Origin: Haliotis cracherodii
Lineage: Eukaryota
NCBI RefSeq assembly: GCF_022045235.1
Contig: NW_027266275.1
Location: 57,846,001-57,910,000, forward strand
Length of the DNA stretch: 64,000 nucleotides
Direction: 5' to 3'
In this document: piece after piece, positions 15,003-28,820 of the stretch
Numbering within the stretch: position 1 is the first letter of the stretch
Layout: every line of letters begins with the position of its first letter
Made by a program: the position numbers and the translations under genes
The notes under the pieces: model-generated
What the model was told of the DNA's origin: nothing
The model's input: only the letters and a program-made list of their open reading frames with translations
The model's database searches: none

Positions 15003-17420
15003 TCCAATACCAATTTTGGTGTATTTGGTGAAGTCAAGTATTCAGATCAACAGGACATTTATTTGGCTAATTATGAGGACTGTTTCTCACCAAGGTTTTT
15101 GTCATGTGTAGTGGTTGATAACAGCATGGGTTCTTCATTAATTCCAGCCAGTGTTACTGTTTAAGAAAAAGATTATTGTCATCCATAGTGCTTGCAGTAT
15201 AACAACTTCAAGAAGGAAATATAACTGATAGACAGTCTATGACTTTAGCCACCAGTCCGAAACCTAAGTGTAGTCAAATTCTTTTCGGTCTAGTTAGCAC
15301 AGCTAAAAATTGTCCAAATTGTAATATGACATCAACTGAAAGTGAAGGTAAGAGCCAAGCTTGGGGAGTAGACTCAAATGTTTTTGGTTGGTTTGGTTTG
15401 TTTCTTGTTTTATGCCAGACTCAGCAATATTCGGCTGTCTGTAAATAATCGAGTCTGGACCAGACAATCCATGGCACAGACTGACACAATATATTGTTGT
15501 ACATGGTGGAAAGATACATGTCAGTCATGTAAGAGTCATTACAGAAGCATGTGTTAAGTCTGCCTTGTAATATTCTCCTATGGAGGGAGTAGATTGCATA
15601 GTGATGGTTCTGCCTTTCAAGATATACACAGCACAGAGTTTTAACCACTGCCCTCTACCAGCATGTAGTGGCATAAGTTGTCATTCACCATCCACGGCAC
15701 CAAGTATTCTGGCGAGAAGACTTTGGTTATTCCACTGTCATGCATAGAGTCCAGGCAATGAGAGTGATAGTCGTCAGGGTCCTCATCATCTACAATTCAG
15801 ATGAGGACAGCGTGGCAGTTGGAAGAATGCTTACTGTCTCAATGGTAATGGCTGGTTAAGAAGATGAGGTCTTTGTACAAGCTAAAGCAACACGTATTAC
15901 ATAAAGAAATGGTGAGCACGTGAAGTGGTGATTCTTGTAGCTTCGTGAAGGGACAACATTGGTTGTGCAGTTTCGCTAAGAGTTGTTAGGATTCATGTGT
16001 CTGCGTCTGCTGAAGTGACACTTCAAGATGAATCGGCAGCTCTAGAAGACCAAGTGCTTTGTCTGTCTGTATATCTTTGTGTCTGTGGCATATAAACTGA
16101 TCAAATTGAAAAATGACATGTGACTGTAGTTGTTCATAGTTCAAAGGTTGTTTACTCTATCAGAACATTTTGGGGTTGTGTGTATATATGGTAGATATAT
16201 TTGTCTGATATCAACATATAAATGACTGAAGTTATTGACAGCCAGTAGATCATAAGAGTCATATTTACAGCAGAAGTTACAGGATTTGTTTCGTAGTTTT
16301 CTCACTGGACCAAGCATCAAGTGATGTTCATGTGTAAGTCAGTGGTTTGGGGGCTCATTTCTTCGGACTCTGATATTGGAAATATGATAATGTGTTATAC
16401 AGGCTTATCTGATGTAACCACAAAGGGAAATTCGACAAGACAATTTTCCTAGTTCTAAAAAGTAATTTTATCTTGCTTCTGCTTGGCTGGTTATTAGAAA
16501 TGAATGTGTTTGTCAACAATGGAATTGAAAGTTTGTGTCTTGCAAAATTTGAATTTTATGTTTTTTTAGCTGATTAATAAGTGCAGGAAGTACAATCAAC
16601 ATTGTACTATGACAGAATTTCCGATTGCACGCTTCTGAAGTGCATACCAATAACATTTGTGCCTTGCTTCAAAAGCCTGTTGGATTTCATCTGGTGTGTG
16701 GTTTATATCAGTGACACAGTATGCTGATATGGGGAATATGGTATGTATTCCTTGTCAGTGCTATGTTAATTTGCCCACTGACATAGTTCTTACACTGCAG
16801 AAATATACAGATTGTCATTTGTTGTTCTCATGAATGTAAAATGTAAGTATTCATGTTAAAACCGTTCTATATTCAGAGTTTACTTTCAGGGAGGCTTTAG
16901 AAATACTTCTTCAAATCTGTAAAACAAATTCACAATACATAGCCAGCTAAAACACTGATGGAGATTTTATGCTGAACTTCATTTTAATGTTTATAAATGA
17001 GTTGTTTTTATTATGAATTAGTTTGAAACCAGATAGCATATCTCTTCCAGAGTAATTTAATTTTCTGTAACTGTTTTGCGTCTGTGGTGTTCCCAAGAGC
17101 TTAAGCTGGTTCTTGTTAATATTTGCACTCAAGATAAACTGTTCATGCAGACAGTGTACTTGAATAACTCAGTGGAAGTCACATTTCCTCTGCAGTTTTC
17201 AATATGTTATGTTAAGATGTGACACCTTGCCCTAATAAAGTTTTATCTGTTGATGGCAATAAAAAATCTGGGGTAAATAGATAGGAAACTCACATGTCAA
17301 TTCCAACTTTGTGCATGATATACAGGTACAGGCAAGAGTGTCTCTGTGACGTTGGTGTGAGTAAATGTACTTAATAACCTGGTGGCATGTAATGCATCTC
17401 TCAATTTTCATTCTATGGAG

Positions 17421-17752
17421 GACCACCTCCGTGGTCTAGTGGTCTGGGGTTCAATCCGAGGCCGCGTCATACCAAAAGACGTTAAAAGATGGTACTTGTG
17501 GTTACCCTGTCTGGCGCTCGGCATTAAGGGGCTAAAACAAGGACTGGTCGGCTCGGAGTCAGTATACTGTGTCTGAGTGGGGTATTCATGTTAAACTGCG
17601 GCATGGTATCTCAGTGGGCTAGCGCTATAAATCGGCATCAGTCCAGACTAGTACAAGCAGCCACACACACACACACACGTGCATGCACGTCGCTATATAA
17701 GTGCAATAATCTTGGACGCGATGTTAAACCCCATTTCACCTCATCTCACCTC
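17421..17752 (+). mobile_element. SINE family D (~330-380 bp, internal (CA)n; resembles V-domain-type SINEs)
   Basis: tRNA-like head, GTCATACCAAAAGAC..ATGGTACTTG core; TSD ATTC(T/C)ATGGAG; other copies 53197-53455(-), 60808-61140(-). Confidence 0.8.
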
Positions 17753-17805
17753 ATTCCATGGAGCTTCAGGCTTTCAGGACACCAGAAATAAAATATTGTT
17801 TAATA

Positions 17806-17808
17806 AAA

Positions 17809-17839
<31 letters not shown>

Positions 17840-17840
17840 A
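17806..17840. repeat. (AAAT)n microsatellite
   Basis: direct reading. Confidence 0.9.
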
Positions 17841-18254
17841 AAAGGATAGAAAACTCTTGCGAGTATTCTGTTAAAGTTGAAAATTATTCAGGTCAGTCTG
17901 ACAGTGTATCAGTGCATCAATATAAATGTTAAATAAGTTTTTATAACATTTAATATTCTTTAGTGCATTGGTTATTCTTGAGTTACGATGTACAAATTGC
18001 TGCTTGGACTGCATGGAAACAACTCAGCACTACCCCCTGGCCTGACTTTATCTAATATTATCAGAAAGTATTGTATTAAAGTGCCAGTAGAATTTCACTC
18101 TTTTTAAGCTGTCACTGTTCGGGGCAGTAACATTTCATGCTAAGTTGCATCCATGTTGTAAGTTTGTATTTTTCAAATACGCCTGTGCCATGTATTTGTC
18201 AGATTTGTGTGTGTCATAATGTCCTATGTTAACTAAGAAACTATACCAGTGTCC

Positions 18255-18531
18255 GGGGCATGGGTGGCCCAGTCGTCTAAGGTGCCGCGATTCGCTGTGC
18301 AGAGTTGCGTCCCTTGGGCACGCCAGAAACCTAGGATTGTGGGTTTGAATCCCGGTTCGCCCCAATTATGTTTCTAGGTTTGTCAGCACCATACCCATGC
18401 TCGTGGGTTTCACCGAAGTGGTAAACGTCTTAGACCAGCATCACTTCGGGCTTTCCTCCCTCATTAAGCTGACACGCCGTGATATAACTGGAATAATGTT
18501 AAAAGTGGCGTTAAGCCAAACTCACTCACTC
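18255..18531 (+). mobile_element. SINE family C (~285 bp, tRNA-Leu-like head)
   Basis: GGTGGCCCAGTCGTCTAAGG...GGTTTGAATCCC head; (ACTC)n tail; 3' fragment of the same family at 18731-18845. Confidence 0.9.
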
Positions 18532-21500
18532 ATTTCATTTTACCGACTTTGATCAAACTCACACATGCTCAAAATTAAAGTCTGTTTTACATTTGAATTT
18601 TGAAGGGACAAATCAAGTGTGTTTGATGTAAAAACATCTAAGTGAAAAAATGCGTTGAAATGTTGGAAATTTGGGCGCATTCAGGAAAAGACTGTGAAGG
18701 GATTGCTTCTTTTTCTACATGTGTAGTTCAAAGTGGTAAACGTCTTAGACCTGCATCACTTCAGGCTTTTCTCCCACATTAAGCAGACACGCCGTGATAT
18801 AACTGGAATACTGTTTAAAGCGGCGTTAAACCCAACTCACTCACAATACCAGTGTCAACACACTGGTCTGCAACTTAGGCTCAGCAGGTACATACATGGA
18901 AGGTGGCTGGCCATGTGTTTTCCAGGTTCAGTTTTGGCATTCATCGATAATTTCTTGTTAATATCTGTACAAATTAATCATAGCAAATATAATCCGCTGG
19001 TAATCTGCCAGGTGTGAAGTTCCCTGTGAAGTGTTCTCCCATGGATACTTCAGAAATAAGCAAACACACACTTTCTTATCTTCGACCAAATGGCAATCTG
19101 TTCATTGCCTCTTAGCACCGTGTTACCATGGATACAGATGTGTAAACCTCCCCCTGCCCACATGATGATATCTCGGGTAGGATTTTCAAATCTACAACAC
19201 TAATCTAACCTTTGCATGCTGAGTGCAACCAAGAGGACCAGGTCAGTATGGACGTTGGTTTTTCTAAAAGTACTAGTTGTAGTACAATGGGAATCTCTGC
19301 TAATTCCTCCTATCAGGCTATTTGTCGAAGAGTAATTCCTGGTTCTGCACATGCAAGAAGACTTAGGCATTGCTACTCTATAGGCATGGAGTGAGTGATG
19401 GAGGTGGTTGTAGGTACTGAGCTCTGGCTCAAGTGACAGGCGACACAATTTGCCGTTTTTGCATTGTTTTTTAGCATACTTCTTGGTTACACCCCATGGT
19501 AAATCCAGGGTGAAATATATCCCCCCAGTACCCCATGCTTGTTGTAAAAGTGGACAACAAAGAATGGTGTTTTAAATTAAATGTGTGGTTTATCTGATAA
19601 TGTGTCTTTATACCGTAGTGTTGTAGATTTGTGATCATTCTATCAACCTCATATTTGCCTGGTCTAAGATATCATTCACGGGCTAATATGTTTGTTTATC
19701 AAAATATTGCTGATTGCAGCCTAAAACCACACTCACTTGCTCACTCTAAACAGAATTGAGTGAATGAATGTTGTTTTACACCCAGTTCAGCCATTTTGTC
19801 AAATGTATCACGTCAACCTCTGAGCTTGGATCAGACAAACCAATGGTTGACAGTATGAGCTACAATCCAAGCCATTGGAGTATGATAACACTCACTAAGC
19901 AGGAGTCCTGCCCAGGAATTGAGACAAATTGTAGAAATACTGAGAGGGTGTCATGATACCGTTGCCAATACTTCTGTCACAATAGTATGTGTGTATCATG
20001 ATCGATACTTTGCACCGTTCCTGCATGATATTCTACATGGTCCTTGTGCCCCAGCTAACAAGAGGTTGTTGCTTTAGACCAGTTTTTGTTTCATCTAATT
20101 TAGAAAATAGTAAATAAAAAAAATGAAAAAAATGATTTAGGACCAGTGAAGATGTGGGATAGAATTGTTGTAAGAGGTGATTGCTTGTCGTAAGACGTAA
20201 CTAAAGGGATTGGGTGCTCAGAATTGCTGACTTTGTTTATGTGTGTCATCGTATCCCAATTACGTAGGCCGATGCTCATAATGTCAATCACTGGATTGTC
20301 TGGTCAAGACTCAAATATTTACGATCTGCAGTCATAAAGCTGGAATATAGCAGAGTGTGGCCTTAAACCATGGAAAAGGGTTGACTTAATATTGGGTTCA
20401 TTTTAGAACTGTGAATAGTATACGCAATCGGATTAGAACTGTGATAGGCACAAGGGTAATGCTATACCAGGAAGACTGCATGCCAGGTAATTGCAGATCT
20501 TCTGGATACTTTTATTTTTAAATTGATACAGAATATAAACATGAATCTATTCATACGTAGGCGTATCCTGTACTATATCGTCAAATCTATGATGCATCAA
20601 ACGTCAGTGGGTCGTGACAACCCTGGTACTGGGGCTATAAGCCTGCTCTTGAGGCTTTGAATTATGCAACAATTTCTTTGCGATGAAATCATTAATACTG
20701 TTTATTAATATCCTCCTAGATTGATGGTTTCTTTGAAGTGGTACAGCTGGTGTTATTCTTCCAAATGATAGACCAACTCATAAAATGTATATTAAAGTTT
20801 ATTTTGGGTTTTATTCTTCGGGAAATATTGATTGCAGGATGTAATATTTCGTTGAATTTTTTTCTAATGTAGAATTTTGTTTGCTGATGATTGTTCAAGA
20901 ATTCCATGTATGTTATACAAAACATTTGCAGTAGGGCCTTCAGAAGCAGTGGAAAGCTGGAAGAGTCTCAAACTCAGGCATCTTTTAAACAACATGTTTT
21001 CTTGCTACAATTCCTGATGTGAATGTAAATACTTGATTCAAAGTTCTTCCATCCATCAATCTTGATTGCTTAAGTCTATTAGGTCCTTTTGTGAAATCTT
21101 GATTAGATTTGAAAATCACAGCGAGACTAATGAAATTCTGTTGAATTGTCATATTTCAAGATGGTGGACATTTGGAGCAGAAAGACAAATTTCAGCTAAC
21201 TTGTCAGTTTTTAGTTTCATTTGTTCATTGGATCAATAGACAACATCTGAATTTGAATCACAGTGCTTGCAACAGTACAACTGAGTAAAGATTAGCAAAT
21301 AGGATAGTGAGGAATGGGGTCCATGTTTGTCAGTAGAATATGCAGTAGGTGATTGGTATGGATTCCTCTTGTAAATTACACACGATTGGACAGACTGCAA
21401 TGTGCGATGATTGATGACATGTGGAGAGCAATGAAATTGTTCCATCTCTTTTCCCAGCCAATAAATCGGCCACAGAGGCACCAGCATCTACTGATATACA

Positions 21501-22469
21501 CTGGACAATGACCTTAATCAAGCCTCAGCAATTCATGTCCTTCTCCACTATGTTGTGAAATATGGACTGACGGGTTCTTGTGGCCATTGTAGAAGCCTTG
21601 AACTATCTGACTGAGAGTCATTGGATACTTTCTGAAGGAAGCACTTGACAACTGGGAGAGCTCCAGTTTCTCTGTGGCATCAGCTTGGGATGGCATAGTT
21701 TCATGTTAGGTCAATGTTTGTTGAAAAGCAAGGAATTACCAAGTCTGTAGTGGCCACAAGTGCTAGAAGATGGAGCGATGAGTTGAGTTTTTGACAAGCA
21801 GCGTTTTGTCAGTCCAGACATTTAAATTATTTCCCTAGTTCCTGTGTCATTCAATTCAAAATCAGTCAACACTAAAAAGAAAACTTTGTTACAGTCTTTA
21901 TTTGGTTAATTCAATTGCAAGTATTCTGAGCTTCTGTTGTGTCAATGATTTTGATCATGCTAAGATGACAAAACCTTGAATAACTTGCCCAAACTGTTAT
22001 ACTGTTTAACAGAGACGTGAGTCAATGACATTGTATCGATTTTCATTAATTAAATTTTCAAAGCAAATAAAACCATCAGTCCAGTTAAGAAAACCAATGG
22101 CTTTTTGTGATGTCAAAGGGAGGTAGGATTACTTGGGCTATTTCTGAATGACAAGAGAGCTCTTCCCACTGCTCTGATGTCCTTTGTTTTTTTTCACACA
22201 TGGATTTTAAGGGACTACTGCTTCACATTAGAAACTTGTGAGTTACTTTGTATTTGTCTTGGGATTCCATATTGACTACTCTGGCATGGAATAATGGTCA
22301 GTATGGATGACAGCCGACTATGGCAAGAGCTGTGTACATATTATAGCCTGAGTTCAGTGTGTGAATGTAGTTTTACTCCACTTCTATCAATATTCCCATA
22401 ATATTATGATGGGGATGTAAAAGGTGGGAAATTAAAGTCAGATCTTTGGCATTATGAGTGAATGGTATA

Positions 22470-24095
22470 AGATGCTAGAGCGGAGAAGGGGATGAGATGG
22501 GGATGCTAGACCTGAAGAGGGGTGAGACTGGGATACTAGAGCTGAAGAGCAGGTGAGATTGGGAACTTGAGCTTAAAAGGGGTGAGATTTGGATGCTAGA
22601 AAGGGGGTGAGATTGGGATGTTAGAGGTGAAGAAGGAATAAGATTGGGATGCTGGAGCTGAAGAGGGGGTGAAATTGGGATGCTAGAGATGAAAAGGGGT
22701 GAGATTGGTATGTTAGAGCTGTAAAAAAGGTGAGAATAGGATACTAGAGATGAGAAGGGGTGAGAATGGTATGTTAGAGCTGTAAAAATGGTGAGAATAG
22801 GATACTAGAGATGAGAAGGGGTGAGATTGGTATGTTAGAGCTGTAAAAGGGGTGAGAATAGGATACTAGAGATGAGAAGGGGTGAGATTGGTATGTTAGA
22901 GCTGTAAAAATGGTGAGAATAGGATACTAGAGATAAGAAGGGGTGAGATTGGTATGTTAGAGCTGTAAAAATGGTGAGAATAGGATACTAGAGATGAGAA
23001 GGGGTGAGATTGGTATGTTAGAGCTGTAAAAATGGTGAGAATAGGATACTAGAGATGAGAAGGGGTGAGATTGGTATGTTAGAGCTGTAAAAGGGGTGAG
23101 AATAGGATACTAGAGATGAGAAGGGGTGAGAATGGTATGTTAGAGCTGTAAAAGGGGTGAGAATAGGATACTAGAGATGAGAAGGGGTGAGATTGGTATG
23201 TTAGAGCTGTAAAAATGGTGAGAATAGGATACTAGAGATGAGAAGGGGTGAGATTGGTATGTTAGAGCTGTAAAAGGGGTGACAATAGGATACTAGAGAT
23301 GAGAAGGGGTGAGAATGGTATGTTAGAGCTGTAAAAGGGGTGACAATAGGATACTAGAGATGAGAAGGGGTGAGATTGGTATGTTAGAGCTGTAAAAGGG
23401 TGACAATAGGATACTAGAGATGAGAAGGGGTGAGAATGGTATGTTAGAGCTGTAAAAGGGGTGAGAATAGGATACTAGAGATGAGAAGGGGTGAGAATGG
23501 TATGTTAGAGCTGTAAAAGGGGTGAGAATAGGATACTAGAGATGAGAAGGGGTGAGAATGGTATGTTAGAGCTGTAAAAAGGGTGAGAATATAGGATACT
23601 AGAGATGAGAAGGGGTGAGAATGGTATGTTAGAGCTGTAAAAGGGGTGATAATATAGGATACTAGAGATGAGAAGGGGTGAGAATGGTATGTTAGAGCTG
23701 TAAAAGGGGTGAGATTGGTATGTTAGAGCTGTAAAAGGGGTGAGAATAGGATACTAGAGATGAGAAGGGGTGAGAATGGTATGTTAGAGCTGTAAAAAGG
23801 GTGAGAATATAGGATACTAGAGATGAGAAGGGGTGAGAATGGTATGTTAGAGCTGTAAAAGGGGTGATAATATAGGATACTAGAGATGAGAAGGGGTGAG
23901 AATGGTATGTTAGAGCTGTAAAAGGGGTGAGAATGGTATGTTAGAGCTGTAAAAGGGGTGAGATTGGTATGTTAGAGCTGTAAAAGGGGTGAGAATAGGA
24001 TACTAGAGATGAGAAGGGGTGAGAATGGTATGTTAGAGCTGTAAAAAGGGTGAGAATATAGGATACTAGAGATGAGAAGGGGTGAGAATGGTATT
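22470..24095. repeat. purine-rich minisatellite, 61-bp dimer of 30/31-bp monomers
   Basis: GAGAATAGGATACTAGAGATGAGAAGGGGT + GAGAWTGGTATGTTAGAGCTGTAAAAGGGGT. Confidence 0.96.
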
Positions 24096-24934
24096 GGGCT
24101 GGTTCATAAGACTCCAGGGCCTACAAGAGAAACTACCAATTCCATTGCTACTATTCAGCACCTCATAATGGTTTCTGACATGTTTTGTTTTTGTTAAGAA
24201 TTATTGGTTTCTGACATTTTGACCTGTCACCTATTAGTGTTGCTGTTTCTTCTTAATATCCTGTGCATGTTAAGGTGAAACATATTATATACATCAAAAC
24301 TATGTGTGTGTCCGTATTATGACAGTTTGCTTGCTATTATCCCAAGACCTGAAACATTTACATATTCCATCTATCTTCGTGGATGTAATGGATATTAAAT
24401 TGTGGGTGGTTGTCACTTTTATCTTCTTTGAGTAGTCACAGAATATTGCGTTGCAGAAATTTGCAATCTAGATGCGGATGTCTCTGTTCTGCAAACTGCA
24501 TGGAAATAGCAGTTTGAGAGGTGCCAAGATGTGAATCAGTGATAGAGCAAGATAGCCTAGTGTCGAGTGGTAGGCCCCAGTCAGGCCCGGTATTATTAAC
24601 AGGTTTCTCAAAATACTGATATAGCCGTGAAAACAGGTGGAAATAAGAAGTTGTTGCTTGAATGCTGGTGTTTGTAATTTTTGGATGCCAACCCAAACAA
24701 TATGATTAACCTTCCTATACAGAGCGCTTGGTTGGGGTGAATACTTAGGGGTCAAGCAACTCTACCTGTGGAAATTATGGCACAGCCGTCAGATATGATA
24801 GGGCCTGGGTACTGTACAGAATTGTTTGTTCACAGGGGTCACTAACCAAGGCCCCTACCCCCACTGCATGTATGATATGTAATGTGTAGTGGGTGGAGGG
24901 TCACGGCTACCCAACAATGTATGTATAATATATA

Positions 24935-25265
24935 CCATATTCGACGTAATAAGCACCCACGGCGATATTTGCTAATATATTGGCTAGTGAACAATCCCAA
25001 TTAGCACCCCTTCCGATTGATCAATGTACACTTATTTATTCGTGTATAATACGCACTCGTGTGTTTTATGCACCCTTAATTATGGGCAATTCAATTTTGG
25101 AAAATATATCTGAGTTTTCTTTTGTATCATTTCAGGCTGTCAGCATAAACCACGAAATTTACGATCTTTCAGCTCTGTTTCCTTTATCACCAAAATTATA
25201 TTTTGATAAGAGCCCCCTATTTTTAATTTTGAGAGCGCCCTGAGCGCTTATTACGTCGAATACAG
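24935..25265. mobile_element. MITE, Tc1/mariner-pogo type
   Basis: TIRs CCATATTCGACGTAATAAGC / GCTTATTACGTCGAATACAG (2 mismatches), TA TSD both sides. Confidence 0.85.
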
Positions 25266-26929
25266 TAACATATATTGTTGTGTGTTTGAAGTGGATTTTG
25301 TTGGAGTCTACGATATGTATTGCCTATCAGAATTAGTGAGATCTGTGACATTAGAACCATAAAAACTGATTTAGTGAGTGAATAACATTCAACACTGCAT
25401 CAGCAAGTACTGTAGTTAAACTCTATCAACAGTAATTTATTTTCTGTTGCCTTTCTGAAGCGGTTGCACAATTTTTGAAGGTTTAATGACAGTCAAGATT
25501 TTGTATGTTTTTGAGTTGAAATTTTTCTGTTCTGTATTTGAAGAAGATTTATCTTGAGAAATGTTGCGAATGGACAGCCCACATTTGTGAATGTCATGTG
25601 CTGATTAAAGGAGTAGGGTCATGAATAATGGATAAGGCGCTCTACCCTGAGGACGAGCCATCGTGGCATACCTGATGGTGTTCCTGCTGAAGGAAACCTT
25701 CTTCTTGACTGCCAGTATTGGGCTTCAGAACGCTGTGAATATATTTCTGTATATATATGGCTGTCAGGGTCGGACTGTAGCAGGCAGATTAAGGAGCATA
25801 TCTTGGACTGGTATTATCAGATTGTGTTAACTGTTTTGACTTGCGAGTTATTGTTGGCTGATAAATGCTGTTATGAATAAATGTCGTGTGTGGCTTCCTC
25901 TTGGAGAAGGGGCTTATTGTGTAGTGGGCTTATTGCAGCATGATATCATCATCATCATCACTATCATCATCATCATCATCCAATGGGATGAACATGAAAA
26001 TTGGTTAGCCATGTAGGCAATGTGTTTGCTCATAAATCATAAACTGGGTTTGATTCCATATATGGTTAAAATAATTAGGTTTTTCTTGGTTTGCCCATAT
26101 ATTGGATATTTGAAAAACAATTTTGAGGATGTTCATGTAAAACCCTATCATCAGCATCATTGTCATCATCAGCATCACCAGGCAGTGTTCGAAATTAATG
26201 GGACTCCTGGGGTCCTAGAGGCCTTTTCCTTTGATACTTGAATCTAGGGATCCCCTATATCTGTCACTTGTAACTATAGGGTTATGACAAGGACCCCCTG
26301 ACTTTGTAATCAGTCATGAGTTATTACCATACAGTGTCGTAGGATACACTCAATGGCCCTTCCCTGTTGACTCGGCCTCCAGCGCCCCATGCTTGTTTTA
26401 AATGCTGACTACCAGTGATGAGGATACCAAGGTTATTGTGTGTCACTCTGCCCAAACTCCATCGTTTGCTGCCCTTGCTGTCAACCACTGGTTTGTCTAA
26501 CCCAGATTGGATTGTTTCAAGCTGCCAGGCTATAGCAGGAACACAACATTACTAAATCTTTGAAGTGAATGAATCAGATATTTGCTATATTTACAAATGA
26601 TACAGTACCCTCACTGCAACTACACAAACACAAAGAATTAACTGTCTCAACTCTCATGATGTACTCTTCCATTAATGTTGATTTGTTTCTTTGTACCTCT
26701 GCACTTTGCCATATCCAAGCTATATGACGACAGTCTGTAAATAATCAGGCCTGAACCAGACAATCCAGTGACTGATGATGTGAAGAATGGCCATGCAGTT
26801 TTGGCACGGTGACACGCTATCAGCCAAGTGACCAAGTCTTTGTGGGGACCTGTTCTAACCGTGAATACAGTGTTATGTTGAGGCTATGTTCTGCTGTATG
26901 TTTATGCCTGGGTGTTTCTCTGCTTGCAG

Positions 26930-27133
26930 TACCTTGGAGGCAAGGTGTTGGTGAGCCACAGTGAGCATGCTGCCGACTGGCCACCATCATATACATCGTT
27001 ACAGGCCGGCCAGGGGGACATGAGGGCCTCCAGCCCTGCCAAGGACACCCACAGCCCTGCCAACAGTAACCGCAACAGCGCTGCCAGCAGTGACAGCGGC
27101 AGGGGAGTCAGCACTGGACATCTAGAACCTAAG
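26930..27133 (+). CDS. CASKIN: Caskin-like exon (linker upstream of SAM domains), phase 0/0
   Basis: ttgcag|TAC...CCTAAG|gttggc; 204 nt open (YLGGKVLV...NRNSAASSDSGRG...LEPK); GC-rich against AT-rich flanks; phase matches next exon; donor is weak. Confidence 0.75.
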
Positions 27134-28284
27134 GTTGGCGCATGTGTTGATGTTAGGTTTACTTCCCTCATCAGATGTAGTCGCTGGCTCCAGGCACCAT
27201 GGAGATCCAGCCACACTGCCATCTAATCTGATCCTTGTTAGCTGCATCAGAAAAATTTGACTGACTTAAGAATGTGTGAATTGATCCGAATGTATGGGAA
27301 AGAAGAACACTTGGTCTTTGTTGGGAGAGAGCTGGAGGGTTGTCTCAACATTGCAACCTGCTATGTTCCCACAACCCACAGCCCTGATCCTTGTATGCAC
27401 CAACCCACCCAGGCCAAGGTGCATATTATCTTACCCCACCCTTCTTGCTGAAGACCTTACCGTACTCCCAACCCCACACCCTATGCTCCACATCACTCTC
27501 TCTTCCCCTCCCCTCCCTCACCCCTCACCCCCAATCCCCAACCCCCAAACCCTCACCCCCACACTGCTACTGAATAACGAGATGAATATCTCACTGTCAG
27601 TCAACCTATTAGGAGCTGAATGAAATTATTAAATATCTAAAATATAAGTAAACAGTTTGAACACCTGAACAAGCATGTGCTTGCAGTTGCACTTCCATGT
27701 GCATTTGTAAACCTAGGATGTGTCAGGCGAGCACTGGCTCGAAGGCAGATGCAGCTATATGCACACTGCATCTATTTACTAACATGGATCTATTCCCAAT
27801 CTGCAGAGACCAAGTCAGCACTGCAATAACAGACCCACTGACCTGTATGCTCGTCAGTATTTACATCGCCAGTCTTGTGGTGCACCGCCACATCAGCTTC
27901 TTTCATCTTCATCGGGTGTAATTTCTAGAGAAATTAACAGCGGATGCTGTGTGCTTGTACGTTTTTCTAATGCCACATTTTTAACAGACTGAGCAGATTT
28001 GTAGAGAGTTTGTATTTAATGAAGTCAGAATTGTAATCTCGATCAGACATCAGGTAATGAAATTGAAGACATTTTCAAATTTGATAAGCCAAGTAAATAA
28101 ATTTGGTTGAAGATTTAACTGATTGTACACACAGACTTCCTTCTGGATTTAAGACTTCAGACAATTTGAATTGATGGTAAACTGAACACCACTGTGCGGA
28201 TGTCATACTTGTATTTAATTAAGATGTACACTTCTATATCCATACTAGGTTGAGGCAGAATGTTCATCTATCTCTGATGAGAAA

Positions 28285-28447
28285 GGGGCGGCTGGGTAGC
28301 CTAGTGGTTAAAGCGTTCACTCGTCACGCCAAAGACCCGGGTTCGATTCCCAACATGGGTACAATGTGTGAAGCCCATTTCTGGTGTCCCCTGCCGTGAT
28401 ATTGCTGGAATATTGCTAAAAGCAGCGTAAAACCATACTCACTCACT
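28285..28447 (+). mobile_element. SINE family A, near-intact copy
   Basis: ggggcggctgggTAGCCTAGTGGttaaagcg...GGTTCGATTCCC...actcactcactc; TSD TCTGATGAGAAA. Confidence 0.92.
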
Positions 28448-28820
28448 CTGATGAGAAAAACTCTGAAAAGTTTCAAAAGACCTCAAGATGATTGACTTTT
28501 CATTTTGTTATGAATCAACTAAGCTGGTATGTCACAGTATGTCAGTGGTGCATTGATATGCATGTTGTCATATCAGCAAGAGCTAGTTGGTTGAAAGATG
28601 TTTGGTTCCAAGTCACTGTGAGTTTGGAATATAGGTTTTGGTAATTCAGAATGAAGGAGTTCTTGTCATAATCCTAATGCCAAAAATGACTTAGAAGCTC
28701 TCTCGATTAAAGTACTATTGCAGAAACCTCAGGAATCCATTAATTTCTGAATTACATCCATGGTGTCTGTCCTTGTTGGTTATGTGTATTGATTTGTGGC
28801 GCAGTTGGGATGTTAAAGAA

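Noticed and set aside
14254-15037. Series of identical 62-aa ORFs; superficially CRISPR-like periodicity
   Set aside because: Head-to-tail 77-bp minisatellite with no unique spacers; eukaryotic context, no cas genes
21233-21696. Cluster of short minus-strand ORFs, possibly a decayed TE coding region
   Set aside because: No recognisable domain motifs; cannot be supported without a database search
28285-28360. tRNA gene
   Set aside because: A/B boxes present but no proper acceptor/anticodon stems; continues into a SINE body with tail and TSD
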